A stretch of DNA of 64,000 bases, from contig JAGIQG010000014.1 of NCBI GenBank assembly GCA_024679065.1, positions 39,060,001 through 39,124,000 on the forward strand, in the 5' to 3' direction. The position numbers were made by a program, and so were the translations under genes. This DNA comes from Sphyrna mokarran. Lineage: Eukaryota. Under the pieces are notes generated by a model. It made no database searches. It was given only the letters and a program-made list of their open reading frames with translations, and was not told the origin of the DNA. Of this stretch, positions 12,000 through 25,548 are shown piece after piece. Numbering within the stretch: the first letter of the stretch is position 1; the number at the start of each line of letters is the position of its first letter.

Positions 12000-12720
12000 A
12001 TTTTGAGGACCCCATTGGAAAGCAGACTTCTCTAACTGTACAAATGACTATTGTGTGCAACAAGCAATAGTGGATGTCTGGGACCGGACAGCCCCAGCCC
12101 ACTTTCGGGGTGAGACAGAAGTAGCTGTGCCACACTGTTCAACGCACTGCCCTTGAGATGCAAGTGTGTCAGGAAAGGGAGATTCAGAAGGGCTGGAGAC
12201 TGCCATAATCTTCTGGGTAGAAGACCATGGGATGGCCTCCAGCACTTTCTCCTTCCACAGGGTGTTTGTGGGCCTCTGGAACACTCAGTGGCATGGAGGG
12301 GCAACTGGAGTGAGCTGGTCAACAGTCCTCAGTTTCAGGCTGCTGGCACTGACTGCCACAGCCATCACATCCCAGGTTACATTCGCTTCTCTGCTTCTAG
12401 ATCATTAAGCTTCCCTGTCCCCAGGGCACAGAATGGCCCACTTCTTCTCCACTGCATCAGAAGCCTTCCAAGATCTACCTCCATGAAGTGTGAGGCTGTT
12501 CTCTGTGCTATCGTCTTTCTGGCATGACTGACTGTGAATGCAGAGAATATTGTTCACATTTCCAAGACCCTTGCCTAACCTCTTAGAACCCTATCCACAT
12601 CACCTAGAAGGTTTCACCCTTCCCCTCTTCAACAGTCTCATTGACATCACACCAGGGTTTAAATGTAGCTCTGTCTTGTTAACGGTGCACAGCTAGGAGC
12701 CTATTTGGGAGAGCCAGGGG
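12000..12720 (-). pseudogene. Harbinger Myb/SANT-like ORF relic
   Basis: Minus strand, frameshifted: ASHFMEVDLGRLL/AVEKKWAILCPG and VTWDVMAVAVSASSLKLRTVDQ. Confidence 0.6.
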
Positions 12721-12969
12721 TCTCCATACTAGTACGTTTCACATGGGTGTTGTTTCAGTGCACTAAATGTGGGATGATTGCCTTTGTACTTTGCACTGGT
12801 TTTCTTGCCTGCAATGACACTTGGGAAAATGTTTGCAAGCTTTTGGGAAAATTTCACCTAACAATTGTAGAAAGTATCTTTTACTGGAGTAGCTTAACAT
12901 TTTCAACCGTTTAACATCAGCCCTCTCTTCCCTCCTCTGCATGAGACTAACTATCTAAAAACTACTTGA

Positions 12970-13550
12970 ACTTACACAACACCTTTAACATTATAAAGTG
13001 TCCCAAGAGCAGTTATGAAATAAAATAAAGCATTGAGCCACATAAGGAGATATTCACCGGAACTATATCACCCCGCCTGCTACAGAATTGGCACGGACAA
13101 GGGTCCAACAACAGAAATCTCCATTGGCTTTGGTAGAATTTCCAGTTTCGCCCAAATGAGGCTGTAAAATCCCACTCATTATGACAGATGGTCAAAAAGT
13201 TAAGGTTGGTATCTGAGAAAAGCAAGGTAGAGAGATGGAGACGTATAGAGAGGGAAATTCAGAGTTTAGTGCCAAAACAAAAAGGTTTGGCCACCATAGG
13301 TGAAAGTAGATACCTAAAAATGTTTTCAAGCCGGAATACATTACAGAAATCAGGAGGGGTGAGGCCATAAAGGGATTTGAAAAACAAGGTTGAGAATTTT
13401 AAAATTGAGACCTTATTTAACTGGAATCAACAAGCACAGGGGTAATGGAAGAATGGAATTTAGTGCACGTTAGGAAGCAGGAAGCTGCATTTTGATACCC
13501 TCAGGTTTATAGAGAACTTTATGTGGGAGGCTGGCCAGTAGTGCATCAGC
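12970..13550 (-). mobile_element. Decayed L2-type LINE 3' fragment with a Harbinger-type MITE (~13055-13180)
   Basis: L2-like decayed sequence (GAGGGAAATTCAGAG, GAGAATTTTAAAATTGAG); insert ends GTAAAATCCCACTC. Confidence 0.5.
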
Positions 13551-14089
13551 TCGAATAATAATTTTCAAAAGATAATTGGATGTCATTGAAATTCCTTGCA
13601 TAACCAGTGGGGAAAGACCCAGGCAAGTTGGACTAATTGGCAGTTCTTAGACGATCAGTCGAACATTCTCCCACAAGACAAAATATCCTTTTCACATCCA
13701 ACCTGTCAAGACCCATCAGGATTGTAGATATTTCAATCAGGTTGCCTTATTCTAGTGGAAACAAAAGTAGTCTGTCCAAACAACCTTAAGACAATCCACC
13801 TTAGAACAAAATCTATCAGGACTTAAGGACTTGTCATCCATAGTTCCAACAATTTTCTCAATATCACTTCTTGGTGATTATTACTTTCTTCAGTCCCTCC
13901 ATTTCCTGATTTACAGCTATTCCTGGGATGTTACTTGCATCCTCTTTAGTGAGGACTGATGCAGACTACCTTTTCAATTAATCTGCCATCATCTGCAGAC
14001 GCCTAAATCTTCTCAACTGTTTTTTTTTCCCCCCACAATCTCTCCATTGCAAATACTTCTCCAGCAACAATAACAGTCCACCGGCTTTA

Positions 14090-14535
14090 GAATAGTCAAG
14101 TCTAAAGGTAACAAAATCACGGATGTGAGTTTCAGTAGCAGAAGAGCTGAGGCAGGGACGGAGACATGCCATATTACAGAGGTGGAGGTGTATAGTGTTA
14201 GTGATAGCATGAGTTTATCGCTGAAAGCTCTCCTTAGGGTCAAGGTTGCAACCAGTCTGTTTCCAGTTGGTAGGGATGGAATCGGTGACAAGGGAATGGA
14301 AATTTTGCCATTCTGCCTGCCATGGGAATCAGAACAAGCAAGGGGCGGACCATGGAATGGTTCATTGACCTTGGGCAGGATTTTTTGATTTCAGGGTGAG
14401 TGCAGCTGGAAAATTCTACCCAATGGCTCAGACTTCTCAATATTTAATTCATATAAAACAAAAGGAAGCCTTATATTTATACAGCAACCTTACTATCTCC
14501 AGGACATCGCAAAGCGCTTTGCAGCCAATAAGTAT
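14090..14535 (-). mobile_element. L2-type LINE fragments with a Harbinger-type MITE (~14295-14421)
   Basis: Minus peptide PCLSSSATETHIRDFVTFRLDYSKA resembles L2 AETLIHAFVTSRLDY; MITE termini GGAAATTTTGCC / GGAAAATTCTACCC. Confidence 0.6.
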
Positions 14536-14539
14536 AAAA

Positions 14540-15420
14540 TCGTAGAATGGCTGCAGCATGGAAACAGTCATTTGACACAGAGCTCATGCCACTCACTGCA
14601 AGAGCAATTTAGCTAGTTTTGCTTCCTGATCCATCCCCACATAGTTCTGTAACCTTTTTGCCCTTTGGGTGCTTAACCAATTTCTCTTTGAAAACCATGA
14701 TTGAATCTGCACTTACCAGTGCATTCTGGATCATATTGATTTAACCACTTGTAGCTTAAAAATTATTTTCCCCATATAATTGTCTGTGCTTTTGCTAATC
14801 TCTTAAATCAGTCTCCTCTGGTCCTCAGCTGTTTGCCACTGGGAATATTTTTCTCTATTTACTTTGTCTACACTTCTACGTAATTTCCTCTCAAACTTCT
14901 CTTCACTAAGGAAAATGATTCCAGTTTCTCTGATCTATTCATGAAATGGAAGCACCTGAACCTTGGAATTGTTCTCAGTCTAAAACTTTCACATCCCTCC
15001 TGAAGTATGGTGTCCAGAACTGGATAAATTGAAGTCAAACCAGTGTTTCCTAACTTTCTTTTTTTTTGTACTCTATACTTCCCTTTATAAAGTCCAAGAT
15101 CACACATGCCTTTTTCGCCACTTTCCCAGCTTTCACTGCAACTTTCAATACATTTGGTATATATACTCCTGGACTTCTATTCCTGAATGTTCTTTAGAAT
15201 TAGATAATTCAACTTACGTTGCTACAGCTCTTTCTTCCTACTAAAGTGTATCACTTCTCTGCATTAAATTGCACCCGCCCTATGTCTATCCACCAGTCTA
15301 ATTTTGTCCTCCTGATGTCTGTCACCATTCTACTCATTGATTGCTTTACTTTCAATATTTTATGCCATTTCTAAATTTTGAAATTGTCTCTTATACACTC
15401 AAGTTGAGTTTATTTATACA
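14540..15420 (-). mobile_element. Decayed CR1 3' portion
   Basis: Starts with reverse CR1 tail (ATCGTAGAATGG); minus peptide EKLESFSLVKRSLRGNYVEV. Confidence 0.7.
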
Positions 15421-15799
15421 GATCAAGTTCAGTCACAGTTGTACTGTAATTAATTCCAATTTACTGACAGTTTGCTATTGCATAATCAGTCACTGGGAAC
15501 TTGATAAGCACTGCCAAAATCATTGCAAATTAATAGCCATCATAGAGAACAGAATTCGGTCCACATTCTGAGCACAAAGTTTATGAAGTAGTTCATTTTT
15601 TTTCTATGAATATCTTTTAATTCAATTGGGATTAGTGAAATATTTATTCATGATCCCTACATTTGAGTGTCAACCACGGTAGTACAAAGAACAACACAGC
15701 ATGGAAAACAGGCCCTTCGGCCCAATGAGCCTGCGCCGTCACCTCGACGTTCCCACTTCCACCCATGATCCCTGTCTATGTTTATAGAAATCTGCAATA

Positions 15800-16578
15800 C
15801 TCTCACCTCTGTTTTACAAGGTTCTGGGTTCAAGTCCTGCTCCGTGGTTTGAATGCCAGAATCAAGGCTGATACTTCACTGCAGTACTGAGAGATGCTAC
15901 AATCATTGAAGGTGCCATCTTTATATCATTGAGATATAAAACCAAGGACCCCATCTGCCTGCTTGGGTGGATGTGAAAGATCCAATGAAGCTACTTCAAG
16001 GAAGAGCAGGAATGTTATCTAGTTTAAAGTTTACTTATTCGTGTCACAAGTAGGCTTACATTAACACTGCAGTGAAGCTTCTGTGAAAATCCCCTAGTCA
16101 CCACACTCCAGTACCTGTTTGGGTACACTGAAGGATAATTTAGCATGGCCAATGCACCAAACCAGCACATTCCACACAGTTCCTCCTACCAGACAGTGGG
16201 AGGAAACTGGAGCACCCAGGGGAAACCTATGCACACATGGGGAGAATGCGCAGACTCCACACAGATAGTGACCTGAGCTGAGCATTGAATCCTGGTCCTT
16301 GGCACTCTAAGGCAGCAATGCCAACCACCATGCCTGTGTGCCACTCAAGCGTTCCCCAGGTTTTGCCCTTTTTTTTCCTCTCTCAATTGCATCACAAAAG
16401 AATATTGTATGTGGCCATTATCACATTGCTGCTTGTGGAAATTCTTTGAATGCAAATAAAATGCTATGCTTCTTACATTACAACAGTGTCTACACTTCAA
16501 AAGTGTTGAATTGACTGAAAAGTGCTGTGAAGTACCTGGATGGCTTCTTCCAGCATTATGTAAATGCAAGTCTGTCTT
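15800..16578 (+). mobile_element. Deu-domain SINE (SacSINE1/AmnSINE-related) split by a V-SINE
   Basis: B-box GGTTCAAGTCC; Deu core GCAGTACTGAG..GGTGCCATCTTT..AAACCAAGGACCCCATCTGCC..GGTGGATGTGAAAGATCC..GAAGAGCAGG; L2-like tail resumes after 16345 and ends TAAATGCAAGTCT. Confidence 0.75.
16022..16345 (-). mobile_element. V-SINE, tail B
   Basis: GTCACAAGTAGGCTTACATTAACACTGCAG..GTGAAAATCCCCTAG, followed by reverse core and head. Confidence 0.9.
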
Positions 16579-16974
16579 TAATTTAACTTTAGTGTTCGCT
16601 TTGTGTTCGGATTTTGTAGAGATCAACACTTCACTGACTAAGTTTAGAGAGCAAACTAATTTAAAAACCAATATCTCTGAATATTTAATGGATGCAAGAA
16701 AGTATACAAGTTTTAACTTAAAATCAATCCATGATTAATATTCTGACTTATTCAATAACTTTTTTTTTAAAATCAATATCAGTAGAATCATTTAATTAAC
16801 CATCTCATCAAAATTTACCATCTTATTCTGCTATGAAGAAATAAGAGGACTTTCAAAGCAACAGCCATGGAAGCTGGTAGAAAAATAATATTGAATGGTG
16901 CAGAATAGATTCTGTCAATAGATTTTAATCATATATGAACAAGATTGGAAAAATAAACATGTTCTCGATTGTAC

Positions 16975-17734
16975 TGTTAGGGCTCTGGATCAGAATCCTA
17001 AGGTATATTATGAACCTAAATTTTCTATTTTGTTATAAATTTGAAGAAAGAATGCTTCACTCTAAGAGTAATCCTACTGACACATCAGGAATGTTTTATT
17101 AAAAACAAGCTTTATTCATAATACGGTCTAAGCATGATTCTAACAAAATGAAGCAGTTTAACTCTTAACAGTTGAATGATCTTTAAACATGAAAAGAAAC
17201 AACTTTAAACATGAAAAGAAATAAGTCTAACTTATTACTATTTCAGTTCCAAATAAACAGCATTATTCCTATAGCCTTAAAATCCACTTTAAATATATTT
17301 AGCAAACACAGGCACACTTGCAATAAACAAGTATAGAAAATCTTGGCGCTTTCAGAGAGATTTTACAGACACAGCAGCAAGACGACTTCTGACTTTACCC
17401 AGCTGTAGTCAGCAATTGAACTCTAAACTGAAAAAGAAAACTGATTCTCTGCTACAAACCTAGCTTCTCCCATTAACCATATTATCACAATTCTGTTTAG
17501 GTAACCAAAACCTTACATTCTTTTTAAAAAAAAACCCAGAGGAAATCTCCATTTATAAACAACAGTCCATTAGCCTTATCTTAAACACTACTGGCCTAAA
17601 ATAAGCAATTATCCTGCTTTTCCAGCATCTGAGCTGTATTACTGCCATACATACTGACTGCCAGTAGAAATAAAACTGAACCTTAACATGTTCTACAGAA
17701 ACATAAAATAAATCAGTAGCACAGTATGATCACA
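16975..17734. mobile_element. Solo LTR (Gypsy-like)
   Basis: TGTTA...TCACA termini, near-TSD GTAC/GTAT; same layout as 42789-43660; internal 22-bp tandem duplication at 17181-17221. Confidence 0.6.
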
Positions 17735-17984
17735 GTATTAACAGTTATATAAACAGGTTGCAAAGACTAATTGGTGTTGCCTTGAGTATAAAAGTTATAA
17801 TTGAGTTATGTAAGGTGATTGGAGAATATGTTAGATAGAGAGAAATTATTTTTTCTGTGTTGGAGTCCAAAACATTGGAACATAACCATAAAATTAGAGC
17901 TGGCCCATTCTACGGTGAAACCAGGAAGCACTTCTTCCATGATTTGCATACAGTCCTAAAAACGGCATTGTGATAATTAATATA

Positions 17985-18266
17985 ACATTGTTCTTGTTAA
18001 TATAATGTTGATTGAAAGATAAATATTGGCCAAGACACCGACGATGATTCACCTGTTCTTTGTTTGAGCAGTGATATAAGACGCTTTATGTCCAGTTGAT
18101 AGAAATGCAAGACCTAAATTTAACTTCTACCTGAAAATTGACATCTCCAAGATTACAACACTCCTTAAGTACTGTGCTGGAGTGTCAACCTTGATTTTGT
18201 GCTCAGGTCTCTGAAACTTGAATTTACAATCTTCTAACTCAGTTGAGAGAGTGCCACCAGTTGTTA
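17985..18266 (-). mobile_element. Deu-domain SINE
   Basis: Reverse Deu core GATAAATATTGGCCAAGACACC..CACTCCTTAAGTACTGTGCTGGAGTGTCAACC. Confidence 0.7.
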
Positions 18267-18387
18267 GGCAGCAAGAATATTGCAGGCTGTGGGATTAAAG
18301 TGGTCAGCAAAGCTAGGATGCAGATCTGCCATTGTCAATTTGGATGACAGAACTGGATTTGAGAGGTTACCCCACCTTCTCCTGCAT

Positions 18388-18680
18388 GGCAGCACAATAG
18401 TTTGCAAAGCTGCCTCAGTGCCAGGGACCTGGGTTTGATTCCCAGCTTGGGTCACTGTCTTGTGGAGTCTGCACATTCTCCCTGTGTCTGCATAGGTGTC
18501 TTCCAGGTGCTCTGGTTTCCTCCCACAGTTCATAAGACGTGCTGGTTAGGTGCATTGGCCATGCTAAATTCTCACTCAGTGTACACAAACAAGCGCTGGA
18601 GTGTAGCGACTAGGGGATTTTCACAGTAACTTCATTGCAGTGCTAATGCAAGTCTACTTATGACTAATAAATAAACTTAC
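18388..18680 (+). mobile_element. V-SINE, tail B
   Basis: Core plus GCGACTAGGGGATTTTCACAGTAACTTCATTGCAG..AATAAATAAACTT. Confidence 0.9.
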
Positions 18681-19977
18681 ATTCCTAACCTGTGGCTGCT
18701 TTTTAGAGATATGCTTATAACTTTTCCTTTCATAATGAAGAAGTATGTTTGGTACACCTCTTATTGTTGAGTAGTTCAGTTAAAATATTGAATTTTGTTG
18801 TTAGCTTTGTATGACTAATGTCCAATACATAGAACAAAAGAAAATAATGGAAATTGCAGAGTTTGTTTATTATAACAGAAACTGTGAGTGGTGAATATTT
18901 CTGCAATTGAACGTGCTTTAATGATTCAAAATTATTTTTACTTCTGTTTAGCAAATAAATTCCAATTAATTGTTTTGAATTGGTCACTGGAAATATCCCT
19001 TGCATATTATGTTGCATTTCACTCATCCTCTGTCCCAAGGGGAGTATTATATTTTTCAGCACATTTTAAAAAAACAATAGATTAAATTTAAATTATAATG
19101 GAAATCTTTTGATTCACTTACACATGCAGAAACTATTCTCAAACCATATTTTATGATTCTAAATTATTAATTTGATCATTTGAATTATGATTGTGCTAAG
19201 CAAGTTTATCAATTTCTAGAAATTTTATTAAACTGTCATGCTGCTGAAAAATAAGACCATTAATGTTTACATCTTCAGGTGAAATTTTGGTGATATACAT
19301 CCAGAACAGTCATTCCAAATTTATAACATGTAAAGTTGTATGGTTGATCCATTTCATTAGATCATAAACAGCTGCTGTACTTTATCCATCACTGAAATCT
19401 TGCCAGTGTTTATTCCAGTGGGATCTTATGTTCCTGCTGACAGTGTACCCTTCACCTCTGGGAAACTTAATTGACAGTGATGGGATCACAAAATCCCACC
19501 GACAGTAAATGGCATACCATAGAAGGAAGGGGAGGAGTCCTGCCCAATAAATTTAATATTCATTGGGATGTTTTGACTAGAATGCAAAGCTGTTACAAAG
19601 GAAAAATGTATTGCATGGGTATTCAGAACCAGGATATAGAACTAAACAGAAAGCAAACTGATCACAAGCAATGTGGTTCATATAACTTTTAAAACTTCAA
19701 ACATTTTTTCAATGGATTAGTATTGGGATCAAAAAATTCTCTTAGCACCAACTTAGTTTATATGAAATGACTATTTCACTGTTTTCATTGGTACATAAAA
19801 CATATGTTGCAATTTTATCTTAAATCAATTTGATAAATATTTCCATAATTGAAAATATTGTTTAAGGCTGCTCTTTATAAAATAAATAGTTGTGTTGATT
19901 GTTTATGCTTTTCTTTACTTTTCATTCATGAATCATTTAAATGTACATCTTGGAGACTTTTAACTTTAGAAAATGCA

Positions 19978-20915
19978 GTTATGGGATGTGGAGCTTCTCT
20001 GACTAGGCCAACATTCATTGCCCATCTAATTGCCCTTGAGAAGGTGGTGATGAGCTGCCTTCTTGAACTACTGCAGTCTCAATGATGTAGGTACACCCAC
20101 TGTGCTGTTAGGAAGGGAGTTCCAGGAATTTGGAACAGTGACAGTGAAGGAACAGCGAATTATTTCCAATTTGATCGGGTGAGTGGCTTGGAAGGGAACT
20201 TCCAAGTGATGATGTTCCCATTTGTTTGCTGTTCATGTATTCCTAGATGGGAATAATCTTAGGATTTTGAAGACTGTTGATCAATATCAACTGCATGGTT
20301 TGCATATATTAATCTTTAGTCACTTGTTAATCAATTTGTGCTTCATTAATAATGTTAGAGTCAATTGGAAAGAGTTAAATATTAACATATGTCTCAATGC
20401 AGTGCACGTAGTATGTTGAAATCTATTGAAGACATAAGCTTCCCAATAGCTCATTCAGTTTCGAGAGAAGAGCTACGCAATTCTGAGTTGAAGGTTCAAG
20501 GTTTGATCACTAATATCAGTTGATCTAACTGTGTTGTACAAAAAAAAAATGGAATTGAAAGCCTATATGTGGATGTTACTTGAAGACTGGATCAGGTTTG
20601 GTTGTTTTTTAAAAATGATTCTTTTATGACAATAAGCATCACCAGCTAAGTCAGCATTTGTTGCCTATGCTTAATTAGCCGTGAGGAGATTGTGGTGAGC
20701 TACCCTCTTGAACTTTTCTGTTAGGAAGCAACCTCTGTTTTTGACTGAGCAACAGTGAAGGAACAGCAATATTCTTTCAAGTCAGGATATTGTGTGGCTT
20801 GGAGGGGAACTTGCAAATGATAGTGTTCACATACCTCTAAAGCCCTTGTCCTCCTAGATGGTAGCAGCTGTGTATTTGAAGGTGCCGTTGAAGGAGTCAA
20901 ATTGCTGTAATGCAT
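19978..20915 (-). mobile_element. Two 3' fragments of a second CR1-like (Zenon-type) LINE family (19978-20252, 20615-20915)
   Basis: Both contain CCCTTGAGAAGGTGGTG-like, ACAGTGAAGGAACAGC and GGCTTGGA.GGGAACTT sequence; homologous to 26640-27172. Confidence 0.65.
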
Positions 20916-20954
20916 TTAATAATCTTTCCTATCCTATAATCAAATAGGACTTTT

Positions 20955-21250
20955 TATTTATTAGTGTCATAAGTAGGCTTACATTAACACTGCAATGAAG
21001 TTATTGTGAAAATCCCTAGTTGCCACACTGTGGCACCTGTTTAGGTACACGGGAAAATTTAGTAGGATCAATGCACCTAAACAGCACATCCACATCTTTC
21101 AGACTGTGGGAAGAAACCAGAGCACCTGGAGGAAATCCATGCAGACACAGAGAACATGCAGACTCCACATAGTGACCAAAAACTGCAATCAAATGTGGGT
21201 CCCTGGCACTGATGGGCAGCAGTGCTAACCACTGTGCTACCATGCTGCCC
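20955..21250 (-). mobile_element. V-SINE, tail B
   Basis: TTTATTAGTGTCATAAGTAGGCTTACATTAAC through GCTAACCACTGTGCTACC. Confidence 0.9.
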
Positions 21251-21737
21251 CAGCTAATCCTTACTATCATCTGTTCCCATTTGAATAATAACCACTTTCA
21301 GCAACATGTTAGGGGGTATTTGGTGACTATGAAATATCTGTCAGCAGTTAATGCCTTCAGAAGAGGAGTGAAGTGGAGAGAAAAAAGTCCAATTAATGCA
21401 ACAATATGTGGCAACTAGACATTAAGAAAACCAAAGTGTAGAATCTGGGGAGAAATATTGAAACAATTGCACTCTAAGAATTAAATACTTCTTATTATCT
21501 TTTAAGACAACTTTATTTTTCTCTTTGCCGAAGGTCCTTCACTTTTGAGTTTTGAAAGTTTTTAATCTACCCTAGTAAACAGCAATTGACCTACGTAGAA
21601 TATTACAGTGCAGCACAGGCCCTTCAGCCTTCGATGTTGCACTGACCTGTGAAACCAATCTAAAGCCCATCTAATCTACAATAGAAGACAGATATGGTTT
21701 GTAGTGGCATAAGATTTAAGCTAAAATGTAACATCAG

Positions 21738-22140
21738 GAAAAGAAAGATGTGCCTTTATGTAGCACTTTTATGATTACTGATGTCCCAAAACACATTCTA
21801 GCCAATGACGTCCTGTTTGAAGCTTAATGTAGAAAACACCATAAACTCCCACAGATATATGACGATGACCAGATAATTAGTTCTTTTGTGACGTTGTTTG
21901 AGGATAAATATTGGTCAGCAGACAGGCATTTCTCTCTTGTCTCTCATTAGTGTCACGGGATCTTTTGCATCAACTTGCAAATGGGGTCTTGATTTAACAC
22001 TTCATCCAATAACTGCACCCCACTTCTTCTGCACTATACCAGAGTTTCAGCCTCGATTTGTGCTCAAGTGCCAGGTTTGGACATGACGCCAGATGGAACC
22101 TTGAGCTTCAAAGGCAAGAGTATGACTAATTGAGCCGCAG
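21738..22140 (-). mobile_element. Deu-domain SINE, near full length
   Basis: Reverse L2-like tail (GTGCCTTTATGTAGCAC), Deu core GAGGATAAATATTGG, head end GACTAATTGAGCC. Confidence 0.65.
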
Positions 22141-22389
22141 AACATGAACACTGTATCTAATCTTCACTTTGCCAATGTGTTTCTTTCTCATCGCATGAAT
22201 CACTCATTCTTAGCAACAGTATATACTACTAATGAAAGAAATATAAAAGAAAGTTTCAACGCAAGTATTTTAAGAATGAGGTTTTTTTCAATCCAGTAGT
22301 CAATAACAATATTTCAATATCTGGATGCATTTAAAATTAATTACATAAATATTGTTCATAAATGGGTTATGCTGCCTTATAGAAACAGC

Positions 22390-23065
22390 AGGCAGAATCA
22401 TTTTGAAACTGGAGAGCTAGCAAGGGACCAACATTGCCTGGTTTCATGAAGGCCCACCAAACCTTTTGCCACAGCCTATAGCAAGGTCAATGGAGGGCCT
22501 CTCTAAAATTAAGACCCAGGGACTGGATATCTTGTCCACCAAAAGTGCTGGCCCAGTCAGAGGCCTATACCTCTTGTGCTCAGCATTGCCACTAGGGAGG
22601 TAACGACAAGCTCCAGAGATGCACGATCAAGAGGTGGCCCAGGCCAGTGGGTAGATAATGTTGGGAGGGGCTTTGCAAGGTGGAAAGGAGAGGTGGACAT
22701 CAAGGACAGTGGATGGCTTGCAGCAGGATCTTACTTCCCAATCTTTATTCTTTCAAAGAAGCACTGAGTGAGTCCCAGGAGCTGACAAGTTGGCTACATA
22801 GTTGTGGCTATTATGGCAGCAGGACTGCCCACAGCTGAGTTAATGCTATTGATGATGACAAGTTGAAGTCTTTAAGTGGTTATTAATTGACCACTTGAGG
22901 GCCTCAGTTGGTAGTGGGATGGTTAGTTCAACCATAGGTCTTCCCACCTATAACTGAATTCTGGTAGAGGCAGGAAGCTGGCGGTATTTTGTTGTACTGC
23001 CATACAACCTAATTAAATGCCTGTCACCCACAAAGCTTGCAAACATTGACAGCAGAAGATTCTGA
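22390..23065. mobile_element. Decayed non-autonomous Harbinger-like element
   Basis: GC-richer island with termini GGCAGAATC / AAGATTCTG and internal TTAAGTGG..AATTGACCACTTGAGGGCCTC. Confidence 0.35.
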
Positions 23066-25315
23066 TTTATATTGTTCACTTAATTGTGACTCTTCCTTTC
23101 CTGAAGGCACTGGTTCTTATTGTACTATGATTACACCAGTAAAGATAGACCTTTAGTACCATATTCAAGCAATCATTGATCTTCACAAGTTGATCTTTAA
23201 GTGCCAGGAAGCTAGATGACATGGAGAGCTAACTTGATTATTTCTTCAACCAGTGTCAACACAAATGCATTTTCCACTATCGGTTAGTCGATAATAATTA
23301 GAGGAAGAAAGACCCTCTATATTTTCTCTCTGTAATCCAAGTTTTTGGAGGCCTCATGTAGCATCCAAACTGCTTGAAAAATGCTTATTCATTACCAGAG
23401 CAATGCCATGTGAAACATTTACGCATGAAGCTACAAGAAAAGAAATGATAGATATCAGCCCACTTTTACATTTGTATCAAATTTAAACCAATTAACCCAG
23501 TGAACTGCTCTTGATTGCTACAATGTTTGTATAATTGGAGACGTTTATTGTTGCTTATTTCTAGAAAAACATAGATAAAAAGATGGAGATATTTGTTACA
23601 TTAGTTTTAAAGGTTAGAGATTAACAAGATTTTATTATACGCGAGAACATTTATTCAACAACTTGGATTAACTTGTCTCAACTTTATTTTCAACATAAAG
23701 CTAATTTTATGACTGAGAATTTAATTATTTAACAGGCTATGGGTTAGCAAAGTGGTGCACAACGGAACGTAATAACAAATTTTCAAAGTGCTGCATTAAC
23801 TTTTAGCCTGAAATGTGACATGTTGTCTTCCGAAATTCCTAATTCACGATTTAGAAAATGTCACTGAGACAAAATGGGCTTGTATGTGCAAGATAAGAAT
23901 GATATGCATGCTTTCTACACCATTTTAGCAGACTTTACAAGCAGAATGCAGTTGAATTATCCAAAGTCCATAGAATGAGAAAACAGTTGCATGATAGAGA
24001 ATGTTTCACCTGGAATGGAATTTGGCACTGAAGGGTAGTTGGTTTTGGACTAATGTTTGCTATTGAGTCTTCAGGTCTTTTGAGAGCAACTATTAACAAC
24101 CTTAGCAGTCTTTCAGTTTCAATTTTTGAAAGAAAAAGCAGTTCCAGAGCATTCTATACTGAATGCACATTGTGTTTAAGGGTATGAACATGACATGCTT
24201 TGAAGGGGCATGGTCCAATTGAAATATGCCTGCTTTGTGGAGAATTCAGCTCCATACAATATCAATTCACTTGATAATTTCTGAATTTGTGTCACTTTGG
24301 ATATGGGTGGCAGCACTGAGTGGCTGAGTTAAATCAAAATACTCCTCAGAGTACTTTGTCAGCTTTTAAACATTCACTGCTGCCTCTGAAAAAAGTTGTT
24401 GCAGCCACCATTTTAAATTCTAGTCAGGCTTTGAGAACCCTGTCAGCAGTAACGCCACTTTATTGTTGCGCAGCATGTCAATAAACGGCTAAAATTAAAA
24501 TGTACTAATTTATTTGTGAAACCAAGTTACCAAGGGTCATTCTATTTACTTTAGTCAGTTCCTCTGATTTCATTTGTTGCAAAACTGAGATTGTCCTATA
24601 TAATTACAACCTTGATTTTGAAACAAATAGCAAAAAGAAGAAAGTTATACCCAATAACCTTCAATTTATAGGGTCACACAGCTTTGACTTATTTGTCAGT
24701 GTAATCACTATGTAATGTGAGATGTTTTGTAAACCTAACCTAACTGCAGTTTCTACTGCAGTTCAGAGAGAAAATCCAGATCACCCTGCTGAAAACAACT
24801 CCACAATTGTTCAGCCAGTTTTTCTTAACCTTCCCTTCTGCTACAGTATTTATAATTGACATTCCTCTGTCCATTGCTACCAATTTACTACTGTTCTAAT
24901 TTGCTCAAAGTGCAAAATAATTTGCTTTGCAGATTTTTCTAAAGTCAAATGAAAACAGCAGGGAATCAACAGTAGGTATACTTTGAGAATCAGTTTTGTT
25001 GAACTACCTCCTTCTCCCATTGATACATCAGCAACACGAATCAGGAATGCCACTGTCCTGAACCACTCCAGTTAGTTGATCAGGAAAAAGAATTAACGAT
25101 TCTCCTCAATTTGGGTGGTAGGCACATTTGAATGGTATTTGAGGATGCAAATCAATATAGCCATGGGAATAAAGATTTTCTGTTACAAAGAACTAATTTG
25201 GATGTACAGGCTGTCAAATCCAGGAGAAAACTTTCCCTGAGCAAGTCAGTTTTAACCTTAGTGGAAGTGGGAACCAACAATAATGTAATAAACAATTTGA
25301 GGTGATGGTGAATGA

Positions 25316-25548
25316 ATCATAGAATCCCTATAGTGCAGGAGGAAGCCACTCAGCCCATCGAGCCTGCATTAACAATCCCCCTGACATCAAGCATCAATTC
25401 ACTATGGCCAATCCACCTAACCCACACATCTTTGGAGTGTGTGAGAAGAAACTGGAGCACCAGGAGGAAACCCATGCAGGCATGGGGAGAAGTGCAAACA
25501 CCACAGTCACCCGAGGCCAGAATCGAACTCAGTTTGGCTCCTTGGCTC
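25316..25548 (-). mobile_element. V-SINE, tail A (head partly lost)
   Basis: ATCATAGAATCCCTATAGTGCAGGAGG..CCAATCCACCTAACC..GAATCGAAC. Confidence 0.8.
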
